Origin: an uncultured Nitrososphaeria archaeon
GTDB taxonomy: Archaea; Thermoproteota; Nitrososphaeria; Geothermarchaeales; JDFR-13
NCBI GenBank assembly: GCA_964529905.1
Contig: CAZGXJ010000001.1
Coordinates: 45,054 to 109,053, forward strand
Reading direction: 5' to 3'
DNA: 64,000 nucleotides
Shown: positions 1 through 9,263 of the stretch, piece after piece
Layout: every line of letters starts with the position of its first letter
Numbering within the stretch: position 1 is the first letter of the stretch
The notes under the pieces: generated by a model
Told to the model about the DNA's origin: nothing
Database searches by the model: none
What the model saw: the letters and a program-made list of their open reading frames with translations, nothing else
Translations under genes and position numbers: made by a program

Positions 1-1501
1 GGGAAGAAACTAATTCTTCCGCTACCTCCAACAACTTCTTACCCAATCCTCTATGTTGCCAAGAATTATTTTCAGGGCCATGTCCAATCGGAATGCTCCT
101 ACCATATACGTGTAACTCCCTAACTAGATAAGTTTCATATGAGATTATTTCCTCTCTCCAAGCCCTCGGCGATGGACGTCTTAATCTTATGAAACCGAGA
201 ATTACATCGTTATCAACATCCTCAAAACTAATGAAGAATTCTAATCCACCATTAGCATTATACTTCCTAATAATTAATTCAGGCTCACCGATTCTAATTC
301 CATCCTTGAATGTTCTATGTCCAGCCTCTCTACACCGAATACATCTACATTTCAACCCTAGATCTCTCATCGAATTGTGTATCAGCTGCCTCAGATTGGG
401 GAATTTCACTCCAGCCACGACCTCAGTTGAGGGAATGTCCCTATTAATCCTCATAATGCGGTTCCAAGGGGGGATATAATTAGCTTTTGAAACCATTATA
501 AGGTCGTGGGCATCCCACGTATCTAATGGATTATAGAGACCACCCCTCCAAAGCTTTATCAAACCAGTGTTTTCTAAAACCAATGTTGGATATATTTTTA
601 GATGATCAGGTAGATAATTTTCCGACGAGAAGACCTTTTCAAAAATTTGCAAATCCTCAATATATGTTGTTCTTGGGAGACCAGGCATTAAATGGTAAGT
701 AACCTTAAATCCCGCATCCTTCAGTAGTGTTGTAGCCTCAATAACATCCCTCAAGTCATGACCCCTATTTACAAATTTATATACATCGTCATAGATGCTC
801 TGAATACCGAGTTCAACCCTAGTCGCTCCATGTTCAAGCATCCAATCTATATCTTCTCGTTTAGCTGCATCAGGCTTAGTTTCAAACGCCAATCCAACTA
901 TTCTATATTTACTTCTCTCAGCACGTCTAAGTGCCTCCTCAATATTTTCTGGGTAGTAACCTATGAAGAATTGATATAGTCTCTTCATAAACCTCTCTCT
1001 ATACCATTCTGGCGTCTTATTAAAAGTCCCACCCTGAATAACTATATCGACTTTATCTGTATAATGCCCCATAGACTCAAGTTGTCTAATCCTACTCTCA
1101 ATCTGCTTGTATGGATCAAAATTAAAGTTGATACCTCTCATAGCACTAGGCTCCTTACCAGTATATGAGATTGGCGCATCTGGAAAATGTGGGCAGTATA
1201 TGCATCTACCATGCGGACATTCAAATGGAGAAGTCATAACCGCAAGTATAACTATTCCAGAAATGCTCCTAACTGGTTTTAATGTTAGCATATCTCTTAT
1301 TCTCTTGGATTTTATGTATGGTATCAGATCCACATTTGAGGGGATAGTCGACAAGGAGAATTTTCGTGCCACTTCAAGTTTAACTCTTTGGATATCCTCT
1401 GGGGTGATCACTCCTTTCTCCAAATCAATTGAAAGTAGTCTATTTTCTATATATTCCGCTATATCTTCAATAGAGACAGTATCTAATATCCTCCTAGTCA
1501 T
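1..1501 (-). CDS. elp3: Elp3-like radical-SAM/GNAT tRNA wobble-uridine modification enzyme; C-terminus runs off the window start
   Basis: Absent from the ORF track because there is no stop inside the window. My reverse-strand translation from the ATG at 1501 reads MTRRILDTVSIEDIAEY...AVMTSPFECPHGRCIYCP (radical-SAM Cys cluster)...GATRVELGIQS...HLMPGLP... and ends ...VRELHVYG...QHRGLGKKLLEVAEE (GNAT acetyl-CoA motif). The + ORFs 189-479, 758-979 and 1107-1508 are antisense artefacts of this gene. Confidence 0.85.
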   Translation of the reverse strand, partial: MTRRILDTVSIEDIAEYIENRLLSIDLEKGVITPEDIQRVKLEVARKFSLSTIPSNVDLIPYIKSKRIRDMLTLKPVRSISGIVILAVMTSPFECPHGRCIYCPHFPDAPISYTGKEPSAMRGINFNFDPYKQIESRIRQLESMGHYTDKVDIVIQGGTFNKTPEWYRERFMKRLYQFFIGYYPENIEEALRRAERSKYRIVGLAFETKPDAAKREDIDWMLEHGATRVELGIQSIYDDVYKFVNRGHDLRDVIEATTLLKDAGFKVTYHLMPGLPRTTYIEDLQIFEKVFSSENYLPDHLKIYPTLVLENTGLIKLWRGGLYNPLDTWDAHDLIMVSKANYIPPWNRIMRINRDIPSTEVVAGVKFPNLRQLIHNSMRDLGLKCRCIRCREAGHRTFKDGIRIGEPELIIRKYNANGGLEFFISFEDVDNDVILGFIRLRRPSPRAWREEIISYETYLVRELHVYGRSIPIGHGPENNSWQHRGLGKKLLEVAEELVSS

Positions 1502-1759
1502 GGATTAATTATCACCACCCACTCAAAACTAAAGAAGACGAATCGGGGTTAAAAATTTTCTCAAGATCAAATCCATTATACATTAAGTATATCTAGAAGT
1601 TACTATTAATCACTAACAATAGATTGGCATATGAGGTGAAAATAAACGTTTACATCAGATTTGCAAATGTAAATTATTCCAGAGCAAATATAGCCTCACA
1701 TATACCATCAAATTTATATATCAATATGGTCCTTTTTCCATAATAGAGGTGATATTAAG

Positions 1760-1924
1760 ATGGGTACACATGGAAGCCTAACAAAAGCTGGAAAAGTAAG
1801 ATCATTAACACCTAAATTGGAGGCTAAACCAAAGCCTCCGACAAATCCCAAAAGGAGAAATAGAAGCAATTATAGAAAGAGAATTATTTTGGGACGGAGA
1901 CCCGGACAATTTAGGCCCTTCTAA
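1760..1924 (+). CDS. rps30e: 30S ribosomal protein eS30 (S30e)
   Basis: 54-aa ORF below the track's length cut-off. My translation is [54 protein letters not shown], which carries the eS30 hallmark [19 protein letters not shown]-like element (agaggtgat) lies just upstream. Confidence 0.8.
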   Translation: MGTHGSLTKAGKVRSLTPKLEAKPKPPTNPKRRNRSNYRKRIILGRRPGQFRPF

Positions 1925-2092
1925 ATCCTAAAATTTTGATCTTCTATTTCAAAGAGAATAAGTTCACCTTTTAGTAAATTTATCTTGATAAGCTCGGAAT
2001 AATAATTGTTATACACCTTAATACTGATATCCCAATTATTTAAGATTTTAGTTTGAATTCTTTCACTAAACACTACCTAATTATAAATCCTA

Positions 2093-2818
2093 ATGGGGCT
2101 TATTAGATGGGAAGATATGAAAGACGGGATCTTTTATGAATCTGAATATATAAGTAACAAAAAGATAGACCTAACCCTTCTTAGCAAGATTATATGTGCT
2201 TCTATGAAGTATTGTCAAGATGATGTCATATTAAGCTTTAAACCAGATAATGAGAAACTTCTAATATATTGCTTATCTAGGGACCGCACAGCATATGTAA
2301 CATACAGACAACGGATTAGGAACGTAGACATCTCAGAAGCTACATATGTATTTCCATATGAAGAGGAATGTTATGATATAAAGATAGAGATACGAGAAGG
2401 AAATATAAATGCAAACCATCACATATATAAAGAGGATAGAGAGCCTTTAAATATTCAAAAGATTGAGAACAGCTTTACAAGCAGGGTGAAAGTTGTATCA
2501 GATCAAATGAAATCAATACTTATAAAATATAGGAAGTATGAAATTATTACAATCAATATAGATAAAGGATACAAATCCCAAATACACATACCTCAAAAGA
2601 ACATTGTAATAAATACATCACATATAATAAGGCCGATTATTGACAAGGAGGCTAGAGGAAGTTATAGAATATTAAATATCCTCAGGGCTTTACAACTATT
2701 CCCTCATACCAAAATTATAGATATGTTCATTGGAGAGGAATTACCAATTAAGCTCCTCCTACTAAGTAGTAATAGACGTGAACTGAGCATCTACATAGCT
2801 CCAATAGATGTATCATAA
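2093..2818 (+). CDS. Divergent PCNA-like sliding-clamp homologue
   Basis: 241 aa, the PCNA size class. The C-terminus GEELPIKLLLLSSNRRELSIYIAPIDVS matches the archaeal PCNA terminal pattern (G-E-x-L-P-x-K...I/Y-x-I-A-P-R). The rest is too divergent to align by eye. Confidence 0.5.
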   Translation: MGLIRWEDMKDGIFYESEYISNKKIDLTLLSKIICASMKYCQDDVILSFKPDNEKLLIYCLSRDRTAYVTYRQRIRNVDISEATYVFPYEEECYDIKIEIREGNINANHHIYKEDREPLNIQKIENSFTSRVKVVSDQMKSILIKYRKYEIITINIDKGYKSQIHIPQKNIVINTSHIIRPIIDKEARGSYRILNILRALQLFPHTKIIDMFIGEELPIKLLLLSSNRRELSIYIAPIDVS

Positions 2819-2933
2819 GAAAATATTGACATGTTTTATCCACAAAAATAATTTAGCAACCAACCTATAGAACCACATATAGTTATTTTTTAGTATTTGT
2901 TATCCTAGTTTTGATATAATTAACAATAGTTAA

Positions 2934-4445
2934 GTGGTAACTATGCCGAGATATTTAGGAACAATGAGGAGTTTCTTAACTGCAATACCGCAATACGCTA
3001 CTCCCACTATTGTAAGCCTAATTACATTCGGGTTAGTAGCTAGACTTTTATCCACTTCTGAACTGGGTGTATATGGACTAGTAGTATCAGCAACCTATTT
3101 AATTGGATTGACATCTAACTTCGGGATTAAAAAAGCTGTAATAATAAGGATATCTCGTGGAGAGCCTAGTAGAATATTTTGGATGGGATTTCTATATTCC
3201 ATCCTAACCATCCTATCATTTTCTTTCATTACAGTCTGGATATTCAACTATTTTAAAATATTCGAGGAGATTGAGATGCCTGGTATAACCTATCCCTTCT
3301 TCCTACTTCTTCTAGTCATATTTTCTCTAAGAAATTACTTAACTGCAGGTCTTGAGGCGCATAAAATGTTCCATTTAACCTCTGCATACACTTCCATAGG
3401 TTTCATCCTCTATAGGATACTTATGATCATATCTGTGTTATATGGATATAGTGTATTAGGAATCATAATCTCTTGGATCATTGGAGAAACGATATCTATA
3501 TTTCCTATTATATGGAAAACAATATCTATTGTAGGAATAAATGTAAAAGGCTTAGCGTCAGATGGATTTACATTTATACTAAGGGAGACACCATCAATAT
3601 ATTTATCTGATTTGACCTTAGTCCTAATAGACTATGGAGACAGAATATTAACAGGCATATTTGGGTTATATTTCTTGGCAAATTTCTACATCGCAAGCAC
3701 GGGGGCCCAATCATTATCTTCCCTTACACAAGCATTGTATAGTGGGTTACTACCACATATCGCTGAGGAATATAACAATAACAAACATGAATTTGAGATT
3801 TATATCAGAAAATTAAGTAAATTCTTCGCCCTTACTTTATCACCCATATATATGATATCAGCAATATTAGCATATCCATTAATATTTTTATTCGTGGGAC
3901 CTTCCTATAACGCTGCAATTCCACTGTTCCAAATAATAGTATTCGGTTTATGGCTTGCATCAATACAACCCTTAATAATCACCGCTTTATTAGCTACAAA
4001 CAATGCAAAGGAGGCTATGATAAGTCAGATAGTGGGATTAATAATAGACGTCTTGGTACTACTTGGACTCTTCAACATAATAGGATATCTCTCTGCCGGA
4101 TTCGGGAAGGCCTTTCTATATATTTCTACAATGTCAATAGGAATATTTTTTATATATAGGAAACTCAGGGTAGTCCCCTATAAAATAGGAGATATAATAA
4201 GAATAATAGTTGCAAACGTTTTAACAGGAGCCGTCCTATGGCTAATTTGGATTTATACATTTAGAATCTCCCTACTCCCAATCTACATAATCACCTCGCT
4301 TTCTATCTATATATTATTCCTAAGGCTCCTCAGAATAATTGATAGAGAGGATATAGAAATACTGGAGAATGAGCTTCCTTTAAAAGGTAAAATTAGAAAT
4401 ATCATTATTAAGCTAATATCTAAGTTATCTGGAATAAAAATATAG
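2934..4445 (+). CDS. Polytopic membrane protein, MOP-superfamily (Wzx/MurJ-like) oligosaccharide flippase candidate
   Basis: 503 aa with a GTG start and hydrophobic segments along the whole length. Size and topology are typical of polysaccharide-biosynthesis flippases. There is no motif-level proof. Confidence 0.5.
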   Translation: MVTMPRYLGTMRSFLTAIPQYATPTIVSLITFGLVARLLSTSELGVYGLVVSATYLIGLTSNFGIKKAVIIRISRGEPSRIFWMGFLYSILTILSFSFITVWIFNYFKIFEEIEMPGITYPFFLLLLVIFSLRNYLTAGLEAHKMFHLTSAYTSIGFILYRILMIISVLYGYSVLGIIISWIIGETISIFPIIWKTISIVGINVKGLASDGFTFILRETPSIYLSDLTLVLIDYGDRILTGIFGLYFLANFYIASTGAQSLSSLTQALYSGLLPHIAEEYNNNKHEFEIYIRKLSKFFALTLSPIYMISAILAYPLIFLFVGPSYNAAIPLFQIIVFGLWLASIQPLIITALLATNNAKEAMISQIVGLIIDVLVLLGLFNIIGYLSAGFGKAFLYISTMSIGIFFIYRKLRVVPYKIGDIIRIIVANVLTGAVLWLIWIYTFRISLLPIYIITSLSIYILFLRLLRIIDREDIEILENELPLKGKIRNIIIKLISKLSGIKI

Positions 4446-4457
4446 AGGGGAAAATGA

Positions 4458-5630
4458 ATGAATATTATAGCATATACATATGGAACACTAGAGAAGAAAA
4501 ACGGAAAATGGGTTTTTAAACCTTTTGATCAGGATCCTGATAAGGTGGGTAGATTAAAATATAGTCTGGAGAAGGGAGACCCAGAGGTTCTAGAATCTAT
4601 ATTTGGAGAGTATAAAAAAGATAAGATTGGCGTATTAAATCCAAATTTATATAATCTTTTGAAGAGACATGGCTATAATGTTGAGTTATTAAAAGTCGAT
4701 TCTTATAACCCGTTAAAAATTCTCTTAGAAACAGGATTTGTAAGTAGTATTGAAAATGCGATAGAATACATATCTCAAATAATGAGTTCTTACACTACTG
4801 AAAAATTAAAGGATGAGATGACAAATAAAGATCTGCTAATCATACATGCAATAAATGCATATGATGAATATACAGAAATGATAAATATACTCTATGAAAG
4901 ATTGAGAGAATGGTATGGGGTATATTTCCCAGAGTTGAAGGAATATATCAAAAAATTAGATAGATACGCTTTACTGGTTAGAGACTTGTTGTCACGAGAA
5001 AACTTCTCTAAAGAGGTTTTAATTGAGAGGGGATATCCAATTGAAAGGGCTGAGAAGATAAGCCTCGCCGCATCTAATTCAACAGGTGGAATGCTATCTA
5101 GAGAGGATCTCGAGATTATAAGGAAGCATGCAGATCAGTTGGTGACATTAATAAAACAGAGAGAGGAAATAGATAAATATCTTAAAGATTTATTGGAGGA
5201 GGAGGCACCAAACCTCTCACGTCTTATTGGCCATAAACTAGCTGCAAGGTTAATAGCTAAGGCTGGAGGAATTAGAAAATTAGCTACTCTCCCATCAAGC
5301 ACAGTCCAACTTTTAGGGGCGGAGAAATCTTTATTTATTGCTTTGAGAAAAGGCGGAAAACCTCCAAAACATGGAATAATTTTCCAACATCCATTTATAA
5401 ACCAAAGTCCCAGAGTAGTTAGAGGTAGAATAGCTAGACTTTTGGCGGGAAAAATATCGATCGCTGCACGTGTAGATGCCTTCGGCGGAGAATTTATTGG
5501 TGACAAACTATATAATGAAGTATTGGAACGGGTTAATCAACTTAGGAAGGAAGCTCCAAAGATTAAAGAAAAGAAGATGGCTGAGAAACGTTTATACATT
5601 AGGAAGAAGAGAAGGAAGAGGAGGAGATAG
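4458..5630 (+). CDS. nop5: C/D box sRNP core protein Nop5 (Nop56/58)
   Basis: Carries the NOP-domain signature APNLSRLIGHKLAARLIAKAGGIRKLATLPSSTVQLLGAEKSLF...KHGIIFQHPFI and a basic K/R-rich C-terminal tail. It sits directly upstream of fibrillarin, the conserved pair. Confidence 0.92.
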   Translation: MNIIAYTYGTLEKKNGKWVFKPFDQDPDKVGRLKYSLEKGDPEVLESIFGEYKKDKIGVLNPNLYNLLKRHGYNVELLKVDSYNPLKILLETGFVSSIENAIEYISQIMSSYTTEKLKDEMTNKDLLIIHAINAYDEYTEMINILYERLREWYGVYFPELKEYIKKLDRYALLVRDLLSRENFSKEVLIERGYPIERAEKISLAASNSTGGMLSREDLEIIRKHADQLVTLIKQREEIDKYLKDLLEEEAPNLSRLIGHKLAARLIAKAGGIRKLATLPSSTVQLLGAEKSLFIALRKGGKPPKHGIIFQHPFINQSPRVVRGRIARLLAGKISIAARVDAFGGEFIGDKLYNEVLERVNQLRKEAPKIKEKKMAEKRLYIRKKRRKRRR

Positions 5631-5632
5631 AT

Positions 5633-6313
5633 ATGGTTGTAGAAACTGGAATTTCTGGGTTGGTATGGATAGATGAAGTGGGTGGGAGGCTAGCAACCAT
5701 CAATAAAACTCCTGGGATTTCATATTATAAAGAGGAGATAAGAAAAATAAATAATGTTGAATATAGAATATGGAATCCCTATAAGAGTAAGCTATCTGCA
5801 GCATTCCTTAAGGGATTGGAGTTAGATGTATTGAATGAGGTAAAAAAGATTTTATATCTAGGAGCGTCAACAGGTACTACTATAAGTCATCTATCCGATA
5901 TATTACCTAGCGATGGCGTAATATATGCAGTAGAAGTAGCTCCAAGAGTGATGATGGAATTTATAAATAGAATTGTGAAAAATAGGAATAACGTAATACC
6001 TCTTTTTTATGACGCCAGAATGCCTGAAAACTATATCGATATTGTCGATGTAGATGTCGACATGGTCTACTGTGACGTGGCACAACCAGATCAGACTAAA
6101 ATAGCTTTAGATAATGCTGATACATACCTAAAACCTGGCGGAAAAATTTTATTAGCCATAAAAGCCAGAAGTATAGATGCGGTGAAACCATTAAAACAAA
6201 TTTATGAAAACGAGGTAAAAGAAATAAGGAAACGTGGATATAAAATAGTTAAATTAATTGACCTAGAACCATTTGAAAAAGAACATGCTATGGTTTATGC
6301 ACTTAAAGAGTAA
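5633..6313 (+). CDS. flpA: Fibrillarin, rRNA/tRNA 2'-O-methyltransferase
   Basis: EYRIWNPYKSKLSAAFLKGL... and the SAM motif ILYLGASTGTTISHLSDI; 226 aa; follows nop5 with a 2-nt gap. Confidence 0.92.
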   Translation: MVVETGISGLVWIDEVGGRLATINKTPGISYYKEEIRKINNVEYRIWNPYKSKLSAAFLKGLELDVLNEVKKILYLGASTGTTISHLSDILPSDGVIYAVEVAPRVMMEFINRIVKNRNNVIPLFYDARMPENYIDIVDVDVDMVYCDVAQPDQTKIALDNADTYLKPGGKILLAIKARSIDAVKPLKQIYENEVKEIRKRGYKIVKLIDLEPFEKEHAMVYALKE

Positions 6314-6995
6314 ATAATTTATTTACGCGGGTAATTAACAGGTATTTCTTGGTTAAATCTGTGGGAGCATTGACATATTTATAGGAACCATCTCTTGGAT
6401 TATACTCCAAAAATGGGAGATCCACATAATTTTTTAAAACTAATTTAAACATAAGTAGGTGATCCCTCTCATCGTTTGATGAGGGAACCTCAATATTTAA
6501 TTTGAGCGAATTACTATCTCTTTCATACCATGCAAAGGGAAGCATTATACCTTCATAAGTCGTTGAGTATGCTATGGATACTAGAGAAGATAGATCATTG
6601 ACATTTACTTCGGTAACCTCTACATCCAAATCATTCAAACTTACAAATTGGTGTGGAACATTATCTATATACGCTACAAAAACATTCATATAGACAGGGG
6701 AGTCGACATAACCTAATTTAATGACTTCTTTCCCTCCATCATTTGGTGAATACGCTATGACCCTAGTCTGAGTATCGGAATAAGTATAGACAAATATTCC
6801 TTGTACATCTTTAACTTGTGGAGGAAGATAAAATCCCAATACATTAGATCCAGCCGAATCTCTATAAGAGATTAGTACAGACCGTTCTCTTCTTATATTA
6901 CTAACCAATCTGACAAGATCACCTAAATCCCCAACCTCAATAGGGAGTACGCTTATCACCATTATATCCACCATTACCATTATCCACGAACTCAA
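6303..6995 (-). CDS. Hypothetical protein (no recognisable motif)
   Basis: 230-aa ORF convergent with flpA (11-nt 3' overlap). Non-repetitive, soluble-looking composition. The true start may be one of the internal Met codons near the N-terminus. Confidence 0.4.
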   Translation of the reverse strand: MSSWIMVMVDIMVISVLPIEVGDLGDLVRLVSNIRRERSVLISYRDSAGSNVLGFYLPPQVKDVQGIFVYTYSDTQTRVIAYSPNDGGKEVIKLGYVDSPVYMNVFVAYIDNVPHQFVSLNDLDVEVTEVNVNDLSSLVSIAYSTTYEGIMLPFAWYERDSNSLKLNIEVPSSNDERDHLLMFKLVLKNYVDLPFLEYNPRDGSYKYVNAPTDLTKKYLLITRVNKLFTL

Positions 6996-7051
6996 AATAT
7001 CTTTCTAGAGATCTAGTATATAACTCTGCCTCCAATATTTTAAAAATTGGT

Positions 7052-7888
7052 ATGACTATATTGGAAGAAATAAAGGTTTCAGAAATAATATTGGGTAGAA
7101 AAATACCATTAGAAGATAGTAATGTCTCGCTTATACAAATTATTAGAGATATAATTAGGGAAAGGACGAGAACCGCGATCATCTTATACGATAAGGAACA
7201 AATAAAATTAATTTCTGTAAAGAGTCTTGCCAAGCATCTAGCTAAAAAAAGACTACTTAGAGATGAGGTTCTTGAGGAGACGAAAGCATATGAATTACAA
7301 GAGCTAGAAAAATATGAAATTTTTAAACCTGAAACTAATATCAAAACCGTTCTAGGGAATATTTTAAGAAAAAGCATCAAACCTATAATAGAGATAGATG
7401 GAGAATTCTATGAAATACAGCCTGAAGAATTGTTCTCATTATACGTGCTATGGGAAGACCAGATGAGTGAAATAAATGTTGATAAGTTTATGAATAAGTC
7501 TATCCATAAAGTCAATCCAAATAAATCGATCTCATCTACAATTCAGCAGATGATCAATAAAGGATATGACTACGCACTAATTACAAATTTATCGAACCAA
7601 CCCTTAGGCATCCTTACATATACAGATTATGTATATTCTATACAGACCCTAATCAAGAGAATGGAGGGTATCAATATTTCTAAAGATGAAAAGCCAAAAA
7701 TAGATTGGGTAATGAAAAAACCTGTTATAGTTGGATTCGAAACTGAAAGGATGATTGATATCTTAAACAGAATGATTGAAGACGATATCAGTCATCTTCC
7801 CATTTTATCCGATACAGGTGAAGTATCTGGCATGATATATAAGGAAGATATATTTAGTCTATTGGTGGATTTAGATGAAGCTAGTTGA
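7052..7888 (+). CDS. CBS-domain (Bateman) protein
   Basis: Repeated CBS-like units, for example ...ISHLPILSDTGEVSGMIYKEDIFSLL at the C-terminus. No catalytic domain is attached. Confidence 0.6.
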   Translation: MTILEEIKVSEIILGRKIPLEDSNVSLIQIIRDIIRERTRTAIILYDKEQIKLISVKSLAKHLAKKRLLRDEVLEETKAYELQELEKYEIFKPETNIKTVLGNILRKSIKPIIEIDGEFYEIQPEELFSLYVLWEDQMSEINVDKFMNKSIHKVNPNKSISSTIQQMINKGYDYALITNLSNQPLGILTYTDYVYSIQTLIKRMEGINISKDEKPKIDWVMKKPVIVGFETERMIDILNRMIEDDISHLPILSDTGEVSGMIYKEDIFSLLVDLDEAS

Positions 7889-8681
7889 CGTTGTAGAAAC
7901 AAAATACCCAACTTTAAGGAAAGATGAAAAAATCAAACATGTCTTGAATATCATGTATAAGACGGGTGTAGACAGGGTAATAGTTACCAAGAACAAGGAA
8001 GATTTATACGGAATAGCGACGGAATGGGACATATTTTTCAAATTATCAATTCTGAAGAGAGTTAAATATAGACCCTATGACCTCCCCTTATCTAGTGTGA
8101 CTACATATCCAGTGGATGTCTTGACAACAACGGCTAGCATAAAGACGGCTATCGACATGTTTTTGATAAATGGATATAGTAGTATACCCATACTAGAGAA
8201 TGGAAAAATAATTGGACTCGTGACTAAAGCTGGCATTATAAGGAATTATAAGGATAGATTTAAGGAAATGGAGCTTAAAGTGGAGGATGTCATGGGAAAT
8301 GTAAAAGGCAAAATCGATTTGATGAGCTCCCTCAAAAATGCTGAAAATAAGTTTAGATTAGGAGGCTTTAACACTTTAATAGTCCATTCAAAAGGGAGAT
8401 ATGTTGGGATAATCACAACATTGGATTTAGCAAAACTTCTTTTCCAAATAAGAAAACTTCATCCTACCCACGAGTGGGGTAGGTACATAGAAAGAATCAA
8501 TGTAGCTGATATAATTAGAAGAGATGTAACTGTACTAAAACCTACTGATCATATATATGACGCTGCAGATATCCTCTCAACTGGGAGACAAAAAATTATT
8601 CCTATAGTAGATAATGGACAGGTAGAGGGGGTTATATCAAGAAGACACATTCTTAAAATAATATTGGAGAATTTATTATGA
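7875..8681 (+). CDS. CBS-domain protein (four CBS motifs)
   Basis: Repeats of the form GVDRVIVTKNKEDLYGIATEWDI, YSSIPILENGKIIGLVTKAGII, FNTLIVHSKGRYVGIITTLDL and RQKIIPIVDNGQVEGVISRRHIL. Overlaps the upstream CBS gene by 14 nt. Confidence 0.7.
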   Translation: MKLVDVVETKYPTLRKDEKIKHVLNIMYKTGVDRVIVTKNKEDLYGIATEWDIFFKLSILKRVKYRPYDLPLSSVTTYPVDVLTTTASIKTAIDMFLINGYSSIPILENGKIIGLVTKAGIIRNYKDRFKEMELKVEDVMGNVKGKIDLMSSLKNAENKFRLGGFNTLIVHSKGRYVGIITTLDLAKLLFQIRKLHPTHEWGRYIERINVADIIRRDVTVLKPTDHIYDAADILSTGRQKIIPIVDNGQVEGVISRRHILKIILENLL

Positions 8682-9181
8682 ATCCACCAACATTTCTAGC
8701 TGATCATATGAATGGAGATCTTGCAAAGTGGTTAAGAATACTCGGATTCGATTGTAAATATCCTGAAAGTAGTTTAAGTGACAAAGAGATTCTGGAGATC
8801 TGTATGAGAGAAGGAAGAATCTTACTTACAAAAGACCGAGAGCTTCACTCATACGCTCTAAGAAGAGGTGTAAGATCTATTTATATATCGGGAGACACTC
8901 TAATAGAAAAATTTAGGAATATTTACTACGAAATAAATCTCAATACATTTATACATCATTTAAACCCCCGCTGTACACAGTGTAACAGTGAACTTATATT
9001 AGTGAAAAGCGACTCAATAAAGGAGATGTTATATGAAGATGTAGCTAGTAAATATGATGAAGTATACTTATGTAAAAACTGTGGAAAGATTTATTGGGAA
9101 GGATCCCACTGGAGAGGAATTAACAAGACCATATCAAAAATATTGAAACTGGGTTTGATAAATAATGACAAGAACATTTAA
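8678..9181 (+). CDS. Mut7-C family (PIN-like nuclease + C-terminal zinc ribbon) protein
   Basis: The N-terminus FLADHMNGDLAKWLRILGFDCKY...ILLTKDREL and the C-terminus RCTQCN...YLCKNCGKIYWEGSHW match the Mut7-C/DUF82 pattern. ATGA overlap with the upstream CBS gene. Confidence 0.7.
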   Translation: MNPPTFLADHMNGDLAKWLRILGFDCKYPESSLSDKEILEICMREGRILLTKDRELHSYALRRGVRSIYISGDTLIEKFRNIYYEINLNTFIHHLNPRCTQCNSELILVKSDSIKEMLYEDVASKYDEVYLCKNCGKIYWEGSHWRGINKTISKILKLGLINNDKNI

Positions 9182-9263
9182 AAATGAGACGTTAAATCTG
9201 AGACATGAGATACAAATTGCTTATAATCTTTAATCACTCTTTTAAATATTTTAGAGAGTTCAA

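Noticed and set aside
189-1508. Three + strand ORFs (189-479, 758-979, 1107-1508) from the track
   Set aside because: Their translations are low-complexity (S/L/I/P-rich). They lie antisense to a continuous, clearly homologous Elp3 reading frame that the track misses only because it has no stop inside the window.
6937-7380. A 147-aa minus-strand ORF overlapping the first CBS gene
   Set aside because: Low-complexity S/L/I-rich sequence. It overlaps two better-supported genes and has no start context.
9183-9215. Triple (A)TGAGAY repeat (aaATGAGACgttaaatcTGAGACATGAGATac) between the Mut7-C gene and smc
   Set aside because: Short, degenerate and in AT-rich DNA. It could be a promoter-proximal element, but I cannot distinguish it from chance.
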